NCBI RefSeq assembly: GCF_009834535.1
Contig: NC_045697.1
Span: 48,300,001-48,364,000 of the forward strand
Direction: 5' to 3'
DNA from: Camelus ferus
Lineage: Eukaryota
DNA: 64,000 nucleotides
Shown: in pieces, positions 52,125 to 64,000 of the stretch
Layout of the letters: every line of letters begins with the position of its first letter
Numbering within the stretch: position 1 is the first letter of the stretch
Notes under the pieces: model-generated
Database searches by the model: none
What the model was told of the DNA's origin: nothing
The model's input: the letters and a program-made list of their open reading frames with translations, nothing else
Made by a program: the position numbers and the translations under genes

Positions 52125-54391
52125 GTTTTTTTTTAAAAATAATTCAGCACTACTTTCATTTTATGTTGCTTTATTTTATAAGCATTACACATATTATACA
52201 TACATACTTGTTATACAGAAGTCTACACAAAAATCCAGGTAATTGAATATCTAAAAAGGGAAGGGGGAGATACTGCATTTAATTTCTGCTACTATTGTTT
52301 TAAAATTCAGATTTTAAGGAGACACAAATCAAAAGCAGTTTTTCAGAAAGCTTTGTGTTCACACAAATTCATCATTCAAGTATATTTTTATTGAAACAAA
52401 CCATCTGACTGGTTGCAAAGTCAAACTGAATAAGCTAGGATGTTGAGCAAAAGGAGGGCTTTCTCTATCATCAGCCTAGAATCAGCTTCTAACATATGAA
52501 TTGCAGAGAACAGTGACTTGAAACCATACACTATTAAATGACATATTATAGGGCTGACAAGGCACAGCACACCCCAACACTGTCCAGATTCTCATTAAAA
52601 ATGTAATACTAAAAATTAGAAATTTTACATTTCCTAATTTCTTTATTCAATTTGAAAAATAGTACATCTTTTTCATTGTGCTTGGCAACTTGACATCACA
52701 GCTGAAGAAATAATTTAAACATCCAATGGACAAAATACAAACTTCTAAAAGATCCTGGTATCATTTGAGTTATAATTTTGGTTCTAGAGTTATCAATTGC
52801 AGCAAATATAAATAACAATATTCCTCAACGTATTAACATGTTTTTAAAAAGTGAATTGCTTAGACAAAAACCATTGTGATTTGCCCAAGGTCATGAAAGG
52901 AATGAGGGGTAGATGAGAGCATTTTTTCCTAACTTAAGCTTCTGTACTAAACTCTAGGTTATGCCATCTTGCAAAACTCGCTCAGTGCTAGAGATACAGA
53001 AATTAGATGCATTGTTTAGGAATGTTTGTTTAACCTAAATTGCTGTTAATAAACTTAAAGAATCTGTTTCATACATTATTAGGAAATTATAAAGAGAAAC
53101 ATGATTATTTTCTGAGTGATTAGATATTTAGTGAGTTATTGTTTCAATCTGACAGAGTTGATTGCAGAAATGAAATTGAGAACTTTTTTTTTTTAACAAG
53201 TTCAGCAAAAGATGCTTGTAAACATGATGTATTAAAGTCTTCTAGTTGATCTTTCGTTTTCAATGAAAACGTTCTAGGAAAGCATTCGCGTTTCCCAGTA
53301 TTCTTTGGTGCTCATTGATCAAATCTTGAACAGCATCCTTCGTCTTTTTGGCTAATTCTTCTGTTATCTTTGGATCATATGGAATGGGGTCACCTAAATA
53401 GGTGCTTAACTTCATAGGAAGACCCCCATACATTGGAGCAAATGGATAGCTGAACTTTTCATAAAGCCACCTAAATAACCTTGCTCCTCCAAGTGATCTA
53501 AATCTTTCTCGAATATTTTGTGTAAACATAGGAATAATGGGCACTTTCGCATCAATTGCAACCTTAGCAAAGCTTTTCCAATTACCCCAAACGATGCTGT
53601 GGTTTTCATGGCTAATTAGGGCTTCTCAAACTCCACCTGGTAAGATAGCAAACAAGTGACCACTCCTCGGGATTTTAACACATATTTCTCTTGGACCATG
53701 TAGAGCACAAGATACATCAAGTAATAAACTAAACCCTGGAATTTCAAAGACAAAGTGATCAGCTACTACTCAGCAAGTTCTACCTTTATGGATAAAAGTT
53801 TTAGCCATGAAGTAGTAAAAATCTATGGGAACATCTCCATTATAAAAAAAATCAGTGCTAGTCCTTCTGGTATTTTTTCCATCCCATGAACTTCATAACC
53901 ATGCCAAACTGCTGCATTGTCCATCCCAGAGTTCCCACTGTCTTCCTCGCACCATCCCATAAATTACGAGGATAAGCTTTTAATACAGTCTTCCTCTTAT
54001 AAATGTGTAAGAAAATAGTAAGGTAGAAGACAGGAAAGTACGGAAGTATTAAAAGTATTAGTGGTGTAAAAACCCACAGGAGGTAGTTTGCAAAATTCAA
54101 ATAGTCCTCCAATCGCTCCACATCAAGCCATTCAAGTATGTGAATCAGACAGGTCAGAGTCCTGTCCCATACCAGACGTTTGATTTTTGTCTATCATTTT
54201 TCTCTAGATAAAGATGACAAATTCAGTCTTTCTTCATCGTCATGGCAGGTCTTTAATTTTGCCACAGAAATCAGATAAATATTTTGTCCCTCGCTGCAGT
54301 GTATTATTCTCGGGAGGGAGCAGGCAGAGCTCGCCCTCACCCTGAAGCAGCGGCGAGAGCTCCTCTGTGGCTCACAGATGGAAGTGGAGGA
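52125..54391 (-). pseudogene. TMEM68: TMEM68 processed pseudogene (CDS 54197->53260, frameshifted; long 3'UTR)
   Basis: MIDKNQT..., LEDYLNFANYLLWVFTPLILLILPYF, PIIPMFTQNIRE...LERFH; intronless; AATAAA at 52175-52170; poly(A) at 52126-52134; TSD gaa(a/g)gtgagtt at 52114-52124 and 54392-54402. Confidence 0.95.
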
Positions 54392-54545
54392 GAAGGTGAG
54401 TTTTAATACAGCATTTGTTGACAATTTTGGCTAAGTTAACTATCTCCTGAGCCTGCTGTGATGGGTTTAAAGTCCTCCATTCTGATCAACGTGCCTCTAT
54501 GAGACTAGCCTCCCTACTAGGGGAGTTATTAAAACTTGGTTTAGT

Positions 54546-54674
54546 GGGGAAGGTATATCTCAAGTGGTAGAGTGCATGCTTAGCATGCATGAGGTCCCCA
54601 GGTTCAATCCCCAGTACCTCCTCAAAAAATAATAAACCTAATTACCTCCCCCCACAAAAACTAAAAATAAAATA
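54546..54674 (+). mobile_element. tRNA-derived SINE (Vic-1-like)
   Basis: ggggaaggtatatctcaagtggtagagtgcatgcttagcatgc...ggttcaatcccc; TSD aaaacttggtttagt on both sides. Confidence 0.9.
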
Positions 54675-55359
54675 AAAACTTGGTTTAGTAGTTTAGTTAT
54701 GTTATCCCTTGTGAGTAGTGTTGCTGTCAATCCAGCCTCAACTGAAGCAAACTCATTTGTCATATTAGAAACTGAGCCCTTGACGTACTGACGCTCAGCA
54801 TTCCTTCTGCATAACGCTTAGTGCAGTAGGTCATACTTCACTCTCTCGGTAACACCTGTCATTCTGGTTGTAATTTTTGAGTCACTGATTTTAAAATACA
54901 TTTTAAAAATATAATTGTTATTTCTTCCCTTTTTGATTATGTCTGTCAGAATATAATTTTATGTCCAAGCCTAATAAGATCTGGCTTATTTCCCTGATAA
55001 CTTTTACTGTATTTTATGAAGTTTGGCCCATAATAGATTAGAAGCAAACTAGTCCTGTGCAGCTGGCCTGAGAGGCACTTGTCTGGGCCGCCCCAGCCTT
55101 GTAACTCATGATAACGTTACTGCCTAGAAGGTTAATCATCACACTCCTGTCATCCCATTAGGTCCAGGTTTTAAAACTTCCACTTAAAAATAAGAAAGTT
55201 TATTGAGAGAGAGGGGTTTTTCAAGACCAATCAGAAACCAGTGTACAGGGCCCCAAGCCAGCCCCAAATTTCCAGCTCTACCGTCCTCAGATATCTTAAG
55301 CAAATGAGAACAGAGCAACTAGCCTTGGGTGGGAGGCAGAGATGGATGGTGTTGATAAA

Positions 55360-56060
55360 TATCAATGCCAACGCTGAGCATCAACCTGGGATAAGAGACC
55401 AGACACAGAAAGGCCCAAACCATGAAGACTGTGGCAAATTTGTCTCAAAGTAAGGCCACAGGGAGATGACCTAACAAAGTCTAACCTCAGCCTCACGTTT
55501 GTGGAAACTTGGCCTCTGTTCCAGGGTTAAACACAGGGTCTTGCTAGTTAAGATAGGGCACAACCGCCAACTAGAGCTTTAAATACATGCTCCAACAGGG
55601 GGCACTTGGCAACCACAGAAAAAGGAAAGCCTGACTAAGTTGTAAAACCCTGACTGCTTTTGCTAATTTGCCTGAAAATTTGGGGCTGAAAGTGTGAATA
55701 CTCCCACTTTAAAGAGGGAACGCTTTCCAGTAGTGGCATAGATGCAGGGAGACATTTTTAACTGAAGCCAGCCAGAAGATCCTTGTCTTCTGGAAGATTG
55801 TATAAAACTGAGGATAAGTAAGCCATGGCTTTCTGCTGAGCTGGTTAGAAACAGTTACCCAAGCCCTCTTAGGACACGAGGTTCATAGCTATGGAACTTT
55901 GTAATGTCCAGAGGCCTGATGTCTCTTGACCCACTTCGGAGAGTTTCTCACATTGTTAGTCTCCTCATCCTGAGGGCTCTCTCCTAGTGTCCCTCGTCCT
56001 GGGACTGCACCTCTAGCAGTCAGATACCAAAGATTCAGGAAGAAGCAAGTCAGGAGTTCA
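55360..56060 (+). pseudogene. Endogenous bornavirus-like N (segment E)
   Basis: HQPGI ~ PHPGI; REM ~ RDM; SLTFV..VPGLN (55518-55532) ~ SLVFL..IPGLH; KPWL (55820-55831) ~ QPWV; YPSP ~ FESP; HPEG.LSPSVP (from 55966) ~ HPDAIKLAPRSFP; RFRKKQV ~ RYRRREI. Confidence 0.65.
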
Positions 56061-56134
56061 TCTTAGAATACGGCAGCTACTTCAGGTGGTGAGTTTAGTG
56101 TGGAAGAATTGGTGAGAACAAGTGACACCGAAAC

Positions 56135-56290
56135 ACGAATCTCAACTCATGCTACTTGATGTGTAGTTAATAACGTGTGTCTTAATATCTTGTCTATAAT
56201 CTTTGAATGCAAGGGAACCACGTTACAAGAGCAAAGCAAGAGTTTTCTGGGTTTTAAGTTTGTTTAAGAGAAATCTAAGCTTAAAATTAC
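56135..56290 (+). pseudogene. Possible bornavirus-like M remnant (segment E)
   Basis: LML ~ LML; NVCLNILSI ~ NQFLNIPFLSV; LSLFK ~ LSVYK. Short and weak. Confidence 0.35.
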
Positions 56291-56388
56291 CCAACAACCT
56301 TGCTTTTCTGGCTTCTCTTCCCCTGATACTTGGCAGTTGGGAGAATCCAAAGTCAGTGATGAGTTGAGAGACACGAATCTCCCTTAGT

Positions 56389-56925
56389 TTTTTCTTTTTT
56401 TATTGAAGTATAGTCAGTGTACAATGTTGTGTCAATTTCTGGTGCACAGCACAATACTTCAGTTACATAGGAACATACATACATTCGTTCTCACATTCTT
56501 CACCATAGGTTACTACAAGATACTGAATATGGGTCCCTGTGCTATACAGTATGAACTTGTTCATCTATTATATTAGTATCTTCAAATTTCAAACTCCCAA
56601 TGTATCCCTTCCCCTACTTCCAGCCCAGTAACCATAAGTTTTTATGTCTGAGTGTTTTGTAAGTAAGTTCATTTTTTTTTAGATTCCACATAAGTGATTA
56701 TCATGTTGTATTTTTCTCTCTTTCTGGCTTACTTCACTTAGAATGACATTTTCCAGGTTCATCCATGTTGCTGCAAATGGCATTATTTTATTATTTTTTT
56801 ATGGCTGAGTAGTTTCCATTGTATAAGTATACCACAACTTCTTTATGCAGTCATCTCTCAGTGGGCATTTAGGTTGTTTCCATGTCTTGGCTATTGTAAA
56901 TAGTGCTGCTATGAACACTGGGGTG
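56389..56925 (-). mobile_element. L1 3'-end fragment
   Basis: L1 3'UTR/ORF2 end; TSD tcccttagt at 56380-56388 and 56926-56934. Confidence 0.9.
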
Positions 56926-56939
56926 TCCCTTAGTCTTTA

Positions 56940-57300
56940 TAAACTTATCCATGCTCTGCCTTTCCAGTATTAGAACAAAGTAGACACTTGATTTATGAAG
57001 GGTTGAGATTTATCAGAAAGGCATAGAAATAGAGCTACAAGATTGTTGCCTAGGAGAAAAAAAAGACATCCTGAAAAGGAAATAAAGGAAACAGCTAGAA
57101 TATTGAAATAAAGGGGTCAAAAGACTAGATAGAGGCCCCTGTGGAGACCCAGAACTATTTTACTAGGACTGAAGTCAGAGGAGTTAAGCAAGCTGGAGAG
57201 GAAGACAAGGTCATTAAGTGAAACAACTGAGTTAGTTACTTGGTAAAACAAAGTGCAGGGTATTAACCACCCACTCATAAAGAAGTAGAGTAGAAGGTAT
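56940..57300 (+). pseudogene. Possible bornavirus-like G remnant (segment E)
   Basis: Furin-like PRRKKR (57049-57066); TILLGL ~ SLLLGV; INHPLI ~ LNHPDI. Confidence 0.45.
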
Positions 57301-57369
57301 TCACAATAAGGTGAGTCAGGGGATGAGGAAGGCATTTCCACAACCATCCCATCACTTCTTCATGCAGTA

Positions 57370-57560
57370 AAGGTAAGTATCTAGCTTTGGAACAAGACTT
57401 GGGGTTCAAGCCCCAGTACTTCTTATATGTGAGGCTTTGGGCAGTTAGCCTCTAAGCGTCCTCTATAGAAATTTTAAACTGCCTAGGGCTGAGTAGTTGA
57501 GATTCATTTTATCTGGCAGTGAGCCAGTACTTAAATGCTTTCTCAAATAAGTTGGTGGAA
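57370..57560 (+). mobile_element. MIR remnant (further MIR pieces at ~58310-58420 and ~60385-60500)
   Basis: 'gctttgga..agacttggggttcaagcccc...ctttgggcagtta' resembles MIR. Confidence 0.55.
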
Positions 57561-57569
57561 GTAGAAACT

Positions 57570-60380
57570 GACTGTTGTAATATCTCCAGTAAGATTTCTA
57601 CATCAGTTCTAGTTTATCAAGTGACAGGTACTACTTGCTTCACTGAATCAGTGGTGTTAAGTGAACCTAAATTTTCCTATTGAGAATTAAATACATGTAT
57701 GGGTTAATCATGTGTGACAAACAGCAGCCCTTAACTGGTTTATTGAAACAGCCCGGAGATCTTAGACAGAGTTAAGCCCCCCCCCCCCCCCAAAATAGAG
57801 GGAAAGACAGCAAGGTATGTTCCAAGTTATGACAGATTTATTCCACCTTTTGCGTCTATTTGGTTTTTTAGTCTGATGCAGACGTGGACATGACTAAGCT
57901 CATGACATTTAACCAGTCATCTGGCCACACCAAGAGCTTCCACTCACATAATGGTAGGAGTGCCACATTACCCACAGTTGACACTTGAGTCAGTGTACAC
58001 TGGAGCTGGGTAAGCAGATTGAACTTTGGTACAGGAAGTGACTGTTGTTCCCCTAAGATGTCTAGCTTCCTGCTGAGTGAGACAGGAATGACATCCACCT
58101 GACTATGTGTAGTTTTGGTTTGAGATTCAGATCATATTTGTGATGCCTAACCCCTTACTAGGATATTCAGTATTAGATGAAGGGGTTGCTCTATAGGCGG
58201 GTTATAGCAAGTCATTCTAAGGGCAGTTTAATTGTATATGTAAAGACACTTAACCTAAGATGAACAGTTTCCTAGGTTGAGATACTGAGGAAGTGACAAC
58301 TTCTAGGTTGTCTTTTTTCCTTATGAAAATAGCTATCCCATAAGAGTTACTGCTAAGGAATCAACCCGTGCACGTGAAGCGTTCAGAACAATGGTATAAA
58401 GGCTTAGCTACTGTTGTTGTTGACACTAGTATTGTTTGCCCACCCATATTCAGTTTATAGTTAGTCAGGACCCTGATCTGCTGTTCAAGTAACCACCATG
58501 GCCCCATATATTTGAACAATGAACAGGTATATAAGACTAAAAAAGTTTATGCCTGGAAAACGGGGAACCAGAACCGTCAATACCTACTAGAATTTAAAGC
58601 AAAATGGTCAAGATGGGTTAAGGATAGGGATTATAACATGAACATGAGGTCAAGAGACGTGTGGGGAAAGTGGTAAGATTAGGCAAGATCGTAAGTATAA
58701 GGACAAGAATGGAGTGGGGGAGGGTATAGCTCAGTGGTAGAGTGCATGCTTAGCATGCACAAGGTCCTGGGTTCAATCCCCAGTACTTCTGTTAAAATAA
58801 AACTGGTTACCTTCCTGCCCCCAAAAAGAGTTAAAAGTAAAGAGTTTTTAAAAATAAGCATGAGATTGGAACCAAGAGAACCCTAGAAAGAACCCCAGCA
58901 AGAGAGGCCCTATACCACAGATGCAGGCTGTTTCTAAGGAAGATCTCTGCTTTGAACTGACCCCTAAAAAGCAGGATAACTTCGTGTTACATGAAACCTA
59001 GTAGAAATGTGAGCAGACCCTGCATTCTGCAAGGAATTCATCAAGTACTGAAGATAAACATGGCCTCCTCAACCTGAAGAGCCTCCCACGTGTTACTGAG
59101 AACATTAACATTGCATAGATTTGGGTGATGCACATGGCATTGTGTCAATAGTCCTACTTAAGTTCATCTGGGAATTTGTGTCATCTATGAATCTGATTAA
59201 TCTAACCCACCCCCTGTGAGAAGTACGGGAACCTTTAAGTAACATTCTAAAATATACCCAATTCCAACAGCGGGGATGGAGAACAAGGCACACAACAGCT
59301 ATCCCTTCAGGAAGCTTCCAAACTCCGCTTCTGAACAGGTGGATCTGTGAGTTATTAGTAAGTCCCCGTAGAACTGCTGGTTGGACATCCCGGCTATCAA
59401 CCAAGTTATGAAATTCAGGCGATTCATTTAGTACCTGGTTATAAACAAGACTTTCAGATTTGTAAACATCTAAGAAAAAGCTCTGAATCCTGTATGACTT
59501 TCATCATCTGAGGAAACTTATTACCAGACAGGGTCATTACCGATTTACACAGATCTTGTAAATTCTTGGACAAAACAAAATAGCCATTGGACTTCATCTG
59601 TTAGCATTACCTGACTGATAACAAACTGGCCACCTGACAGCCATGACTGCAGCAGGTTGTTTCTCGCAGCCTGCTAAGTGCTGAATCAAGTCAGATACCA
59701 GGCAGTTTCCCCAAGCCTACAGCCTTGGCCTATTGCTGGGTTTAGGTATTTACATCAACCGGTGGTTTCAAGAGGCAAGGGAAACTACGTAAGGTTACAC
59801 GTGTAAGAACTGGCTTCAACTGAGTCACATGGCTCCGGCCACTCTTGGATTTCATGTTTGAGAATCACATTATACGGGCTCAAGACCACAACTGGCACTT
59901 GCAGACTCATTTTAGACAATTGAGTATTGATGGACTGGTGGCCAAAGTTTAGCTTAAGACAGACTTCCAATGTTTTTCCTAAGACTGGATTGAGGGGACC
60001 CACTGTTATTCTATGAAATTTGAACTTTTCCAAATAATTTTTGGAAGGACACATGAAGTGCTGCCTATAAGAACAGTAAGTTCTCAGAGGCTAAGGCAAC
60101 TTGACAGATTACAGAAACTCTTCAGTTACCACGAACTGTTAGTTGCCTCTCTAAGAGCGTAACTGCTGGTGACCCACAAAGTGAAGGAAACAGCGTTGGC
60201 ATGCATCACGATCGGCTCCTAGTCACAAGTCGGCCCGGTTGTGGGCCACGCTCACTGGTTAGGAGCTCACTTGGAAAGTGCTTTAAGTATTGTACACAGT
60301 TTAAAACTAAGCCAGACAAAGCCACAGGCTGTACTTGAGATTCTTCATTACCTTCACTTCCAGTCACACAAGAAAATCTA
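57570..60380 (+). pseudogene. Endogenous bornavirus-like L (segment E)
   Basis: YYLL (57629-57640)..VVL..FPI; LMTFNQ (57899-57916) ~ LMTYNH; FCKEFIK (59025-59045)..WPP (59061-59069) ~ FRAEFIKG..WPP; LDIPA; ILGQ; LSA..DT; SIDGL (59923-59937)..LPMFFLR..GDPLLF (59994-60011) ~ SIGGL..LPSVFFRGMSDPLPF; DPQS ~ DPTS. Confidence 0.75.
58716..58850 (+). mobile_element. tRNA-derived SINE (Vic-1-like)
   Basis: gggggagggtatagctcagtggtagagtgcatgcttagcatgcacaaggtcctgggttcaatccccagtac plus an A-rich tail. Confidence 0.9.
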
Positions 60381-62084
60381 GCATCATGGAGAGGCAGTGA
60401 GGAGAAAGCACCTTAGCTTCCAGATCAAAAGGAGTTATCAACCCAGCTTCCTCATATGTAGTGGGGTTACAAACACCTCTTATAAGCTTAACATGTAATG
60501 TAGGGGGGCTTTTTTTTCTTTTTCAGTTTTATTAGGTAGAATTGTTAGTTTGACTGCACATAAACATTATATTGCATGTAAATACATATATACAATACAC
60601 TGCAGTTTTTTTAGTTTCCATATGTGTACTGATCATTTCTAAGAACAGATTAGAGCATTAGCTTTTTAAACTATAAGCTTAAGGCATAATTCTTAACTAG
60701 GGATATACTCAAGATACTTAGCAACCAAATCAGTGATGTTGTAGTAGTAATAGTGCCACCACATGATGAGTATAGTTATTCCGAAGTGTTTTTGTAACTC
60801 CAAGTCATTCGATGAGTTTTATAGTATAGTTACTTGTCACTGAGTCATTCTCTCACCTAGCTATGATTTAAGGACGCTATTACCTCCAGATGAATTCTCC
60901 ATTGGCCTAATGATCCTTAGATCTCTGAAGATTTATTGCACCTAGAGGGTGGCAGGGCATTCCACACACAAGATGTGACAGTCCCTGTCTGCATGCCAGC
61001 AGTCAACATGAGGTCTAGACTTAAGTCTGTACCACCACCCTACCTGAAAATCCCACTAGTCTCTTGTGCCCTTCAGCCTCACCACAGCTCTTTGACCTAG
61101 GTCCGAGGAACCAATACCCTTCTCTCCTCCACCTTCTTGCTCCAAAGACAAAAGCTTCCCCTTGGCAAAATGAGATACCACCAGTGAATATAAACATCTT
61201 GTGGAAAGCCAGGCCAACTGTACTCAATTCTAATCCAGGTTGGATCAGTTTAACTAGAAAGTGTTGAGTAAATTGTGTTGCCAACAGAAGGATTTCCCCT
61301 ACTCTCTAAAGGAAACTTAGTTCAGTTTGGTTTTACATTGGTCCTTATACAGACATCATCTCAGGTCTTAAGTCACCTGAGAAGTTCTACATTCCTGTTG
61401 GCTTATAAGGAGCCTCAACATAACCCATCACTGAAAAGCACACTGAGCGTAATGTGTCACTCAATAGTAAGAGGTGTAGTTCCTCCACCAAAAGGAGCCT
61501 CTAGCATGTTTTGAAGAGGGGAGGAGTGGAGAGGGAGGCCCTGGCAAGGTAGATATTAAGTGCTTAAGTACTTGATCTCTAAGTTACCAATTCAAGCTGG
61601 AAAACAGTCAGTTATCAAAGCACTACTTGTGGTATTCTTCCAGTGTCCTGTTCATAGAATAGCCGGGAGTTAGCAAGGTAAGCTGTAGAATGTGCACTTT
61701 GGGTACACATGGCATAGAAGATTCCAGGACAAAGTTTGCCAGCCATAATCAAAGTGACAGCTAGGGGTGTGGAAGACATTGCTGATGTAGGATGGTGTTA
61801 AACACAAAGGCAGTCATTCTAACAAAGTTCAAGTAAACAATCTAAGTGGTTCCAATGTTCTGGTTCCTGGGAACTTCCCTCTTGAAAGGCTGGCACTCAG
61901 TTGACAGCAATACTGAAACTACATTCTACATAAGTCATTTTAGACTAGTGTCTCTAAAACAGATGGCAAATGAAGTTGAACGGTATGCCCCAAAGTTACC
62001 TTTTCTTTCATCTAATTCAACATAACTCACCACTAGCCACTGAACATTTGAGAGGGTGCTACACTTATGTGCTCTCAGTTTAAA

Positions 62085-62260
62085 ATGCATACCAAACCTC
62101 AAAAAAGTATATAAGCTCATTATTTTACACGTTGAAATGTATTTTATCTACTGGGTTAACGTTAAATTTCACTTTTTTTTTTAAATGGGGCTACAACACT
62201 TATTTATGTATGTGGCTTGTACTTGTGTTTTTCATGTCTCTTGAATAGCACCATTCTAAA
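62085..62260. mobile_element. MER3/MER33-like hAT DNA transposon remnant
   Basis: 'ttaaatttcactttt..taaatggggctac...tatgtggcttgt...ttgaatagcac' pattern. Confidence 0.5.
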
Positions 62261-62599
62261 GTTCCCTATTAATTCTCTATGAAGAATGTGCAGAGAACTT
62301 TGATCTAGAACTTTTCCACATACACTAGTTCAGTAGAAGTTGAGGGTTCTTTGAGATGAGAGCACTGTTTCAGAGAAGTAGAGATCACAGTATTGTTCTG
62401 TTTCCACATCCCATCTCCTACCTGGAAGCTCCTAACCCCCAAAGATCAAAGAATCTTCAGGTGATTATTGCTTGTCCTTTAACCATGGCTAAACATCCCT
62501 CCAAATTCACCAAACTGCTTCAAGACACCTCACAAGCAGTAGTACCTACCAAAAGCCATCCTAGGCTTTTCTACGCTTTCCTCTCTATCACAAAACTTA

Positions 62600-63935
62600 T
62601 TTTGCTGAAGTATATTTACAATTTATGATGTGTTAAGTTTCTGGTACATAGCATGGTGAGTCAGTTACATTTTTTCATTATAGGTTAAGTTATTGAATAT
62701 AGTTCCCTGCGCTATATATACACATATAAATGATATCATGATACTTGTCTGACTTACTTCACTTAGTATGATAATCTCTAGGTACAACCACATTGCTGCA
62801 AATGACATTTTATGGCTGAGTAGTATTCCATTGTATATACTACATCTTTATCCAGTCATCTGTCAATGGATATTTGGGTTGTTTCCATGTCTTGCATATT
62901 ATAAATAGTGCTGCTATGAACACTGGGGTGAAGGTGTCTTTTCAAATTTGGAGTTTTCTCCAGATATATGCCCAGGAATGGGATTGCTGGATCATATGGT
63001 AACTATTTTTAGTTTAAGGAACCTAGATTCCACATATGAGTGATATCATATGGTATTTTTCTTTCTCTCTGGCTTACATCACTTAGAATGACATTCCCCA
63101 GGGACATCCATGTTGCTGAGAATGGCATTATGTTCTCATTTTTATGACTGAGTAGTATTCCATTGTATAAATATACCACATCTTTATCCAGTCATCTGTC
63201 AATGGATATTTAGGTTGTTTCCATGTCTTGGATATTGTAAATAGTGCAGCTATGAACATTGGGGTGCAGGTGTCTTTTTGAATTAGGGTCCCCTGTGTAT
63301 GCATGCCCAGGATGGGATTGCTGGATCAAATGGTAAGTCTACTTTTAGTCTCGAGGAATCTCCATACTGTTTTTTCCACAATGGCTGCACCAAACTGCAT
63401 TCCCACCAGCAGTGTAGGATGGATCCCTTTCCTCCACAACCTCTTTTAGCATTTATCATTGAACTTTCAAATGATGGCCATTCTGACTGGTGTGAGGTGA
63501 TACCTCATTGCAGTTGTGATTTGCATTTCTCTGATAATCAGCAATATTGAGCATCTTTTCATGTGCCTACTGGCCATCTAATGTCTGTATAGGAGAAACG
63601 TCTGTTTCATTGGAGAAATATCTATTTGGGTCTTCTGCCCATTTTCTGATTGGGGTTTTTTTTGTTTGTTTTTTGTTTTGTTTTGTTTTTTTGCTATTGA
63701 GTTTGTTATATTGAGTTGTATGAGCTGTTTGTATATTCTGCAAGTTAATCCCTTGTCAGTTGTCTCATTTGAAAATATTTTTTCTCAGTCTGTAAGTTGT
63801 CTTTTCATTTTGTTTACGGTTTCCTTTGCAAAAGTTTGTAAGTTTAGTTAGGTCTTTTTCATTTATTTTTGCTTTTATTTCTACTGTCTTGATAGACTGG
63901 CCTAGGAAAACATTGCTACGACTTATGTCAGAATG
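62600..63935 (-). mobile_element. Two tandem L1 3' fragments
   Basis: Repeated 'acttcacttag..atg..catgttgctg..aatg' blocks (62600-63020, 63025-63935) of L1 ORF2 end/3'UTR. Confidence 0.9.
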
Positions 63936-64000
63936 TCAAAACTTACTCGTTTCCATGAGGGCATCACATGAGGGAAGTGAGACCACATTTTTGGTCATCT

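Larger units (their letters stand above)
49570..54870 (-). pseudogene. Endogenous bornavirus-like L (segment D), split by SINE, TMEM68 retrocopy, MIR and LTR
   Basis: EGM (54807-54799)..EAGLTATLL..caa-gg-gat-aac (54711-54701, QGDN with -1 nt); VHRLRS (51770-51753) ~ THRLPS; DDY (51695-51687); LDPELGL ~ VDPAVAL; ELNACLDSQ (~49730-49707) ~ EFNAYLDSE. Confidence 0.6.

Noticed and set aside
58716..58790. tRNA-Ala-like gene (also at 8361 and 54546)
   Set aside because: A-rich tails, TSDs on two copies and multiple diverged copies indicate SINEs, not tRNA genes.
1..64000. CRISPR array, prokaryotic operon or X-linked miR-506/888-type miRNA cluster
   Set aside because: No regularly spaced short direct repeats, no long intact ORFs and no recognisable mature miRNA sequences; the sequence is mammalian and repeat-rich.

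Overview
Mammalian non-genic DNA, probably camelid because it carries tRNA-derived Vic-1-like SINEs. No intact protein-coding gene is evident. The ordinary content is ERVL-MaLR (MLT), L1, MIR/L2, MER20 and solo-LTR debris, a 3'-deleted class I ERV with a tRNA-His PBS (27052-31460), a TMEM68 processed pseudogene (52125-54391, -) and an old tandem segmental duplication. The main observation is that much of the 'unique' DNA between the repeats translates, across stops, frameshifts and deletions, into collinear fragments resembling bornavirus N, M, G and L proteins. This includes the RdRp motif GQGDN at 37292-37278 (-). I count about six distinct bornavirus-like segments plus duplicates, on both strands: two run N-M?-G-L (47255->34230 and 55360->~60400+) and one M-G-L unit is duplicated. 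Old eutherian TEs are nested inside them. The window looks like a dense, ancient archive of RNA-virus sequence, possibly a piRNA cluster. All viral assignments are by-eye alignments to Borna disease virus 1 (BoDV-1) proteins recalled from memory. They need tblastn/HMM confirmation, and boundaries are approximate.
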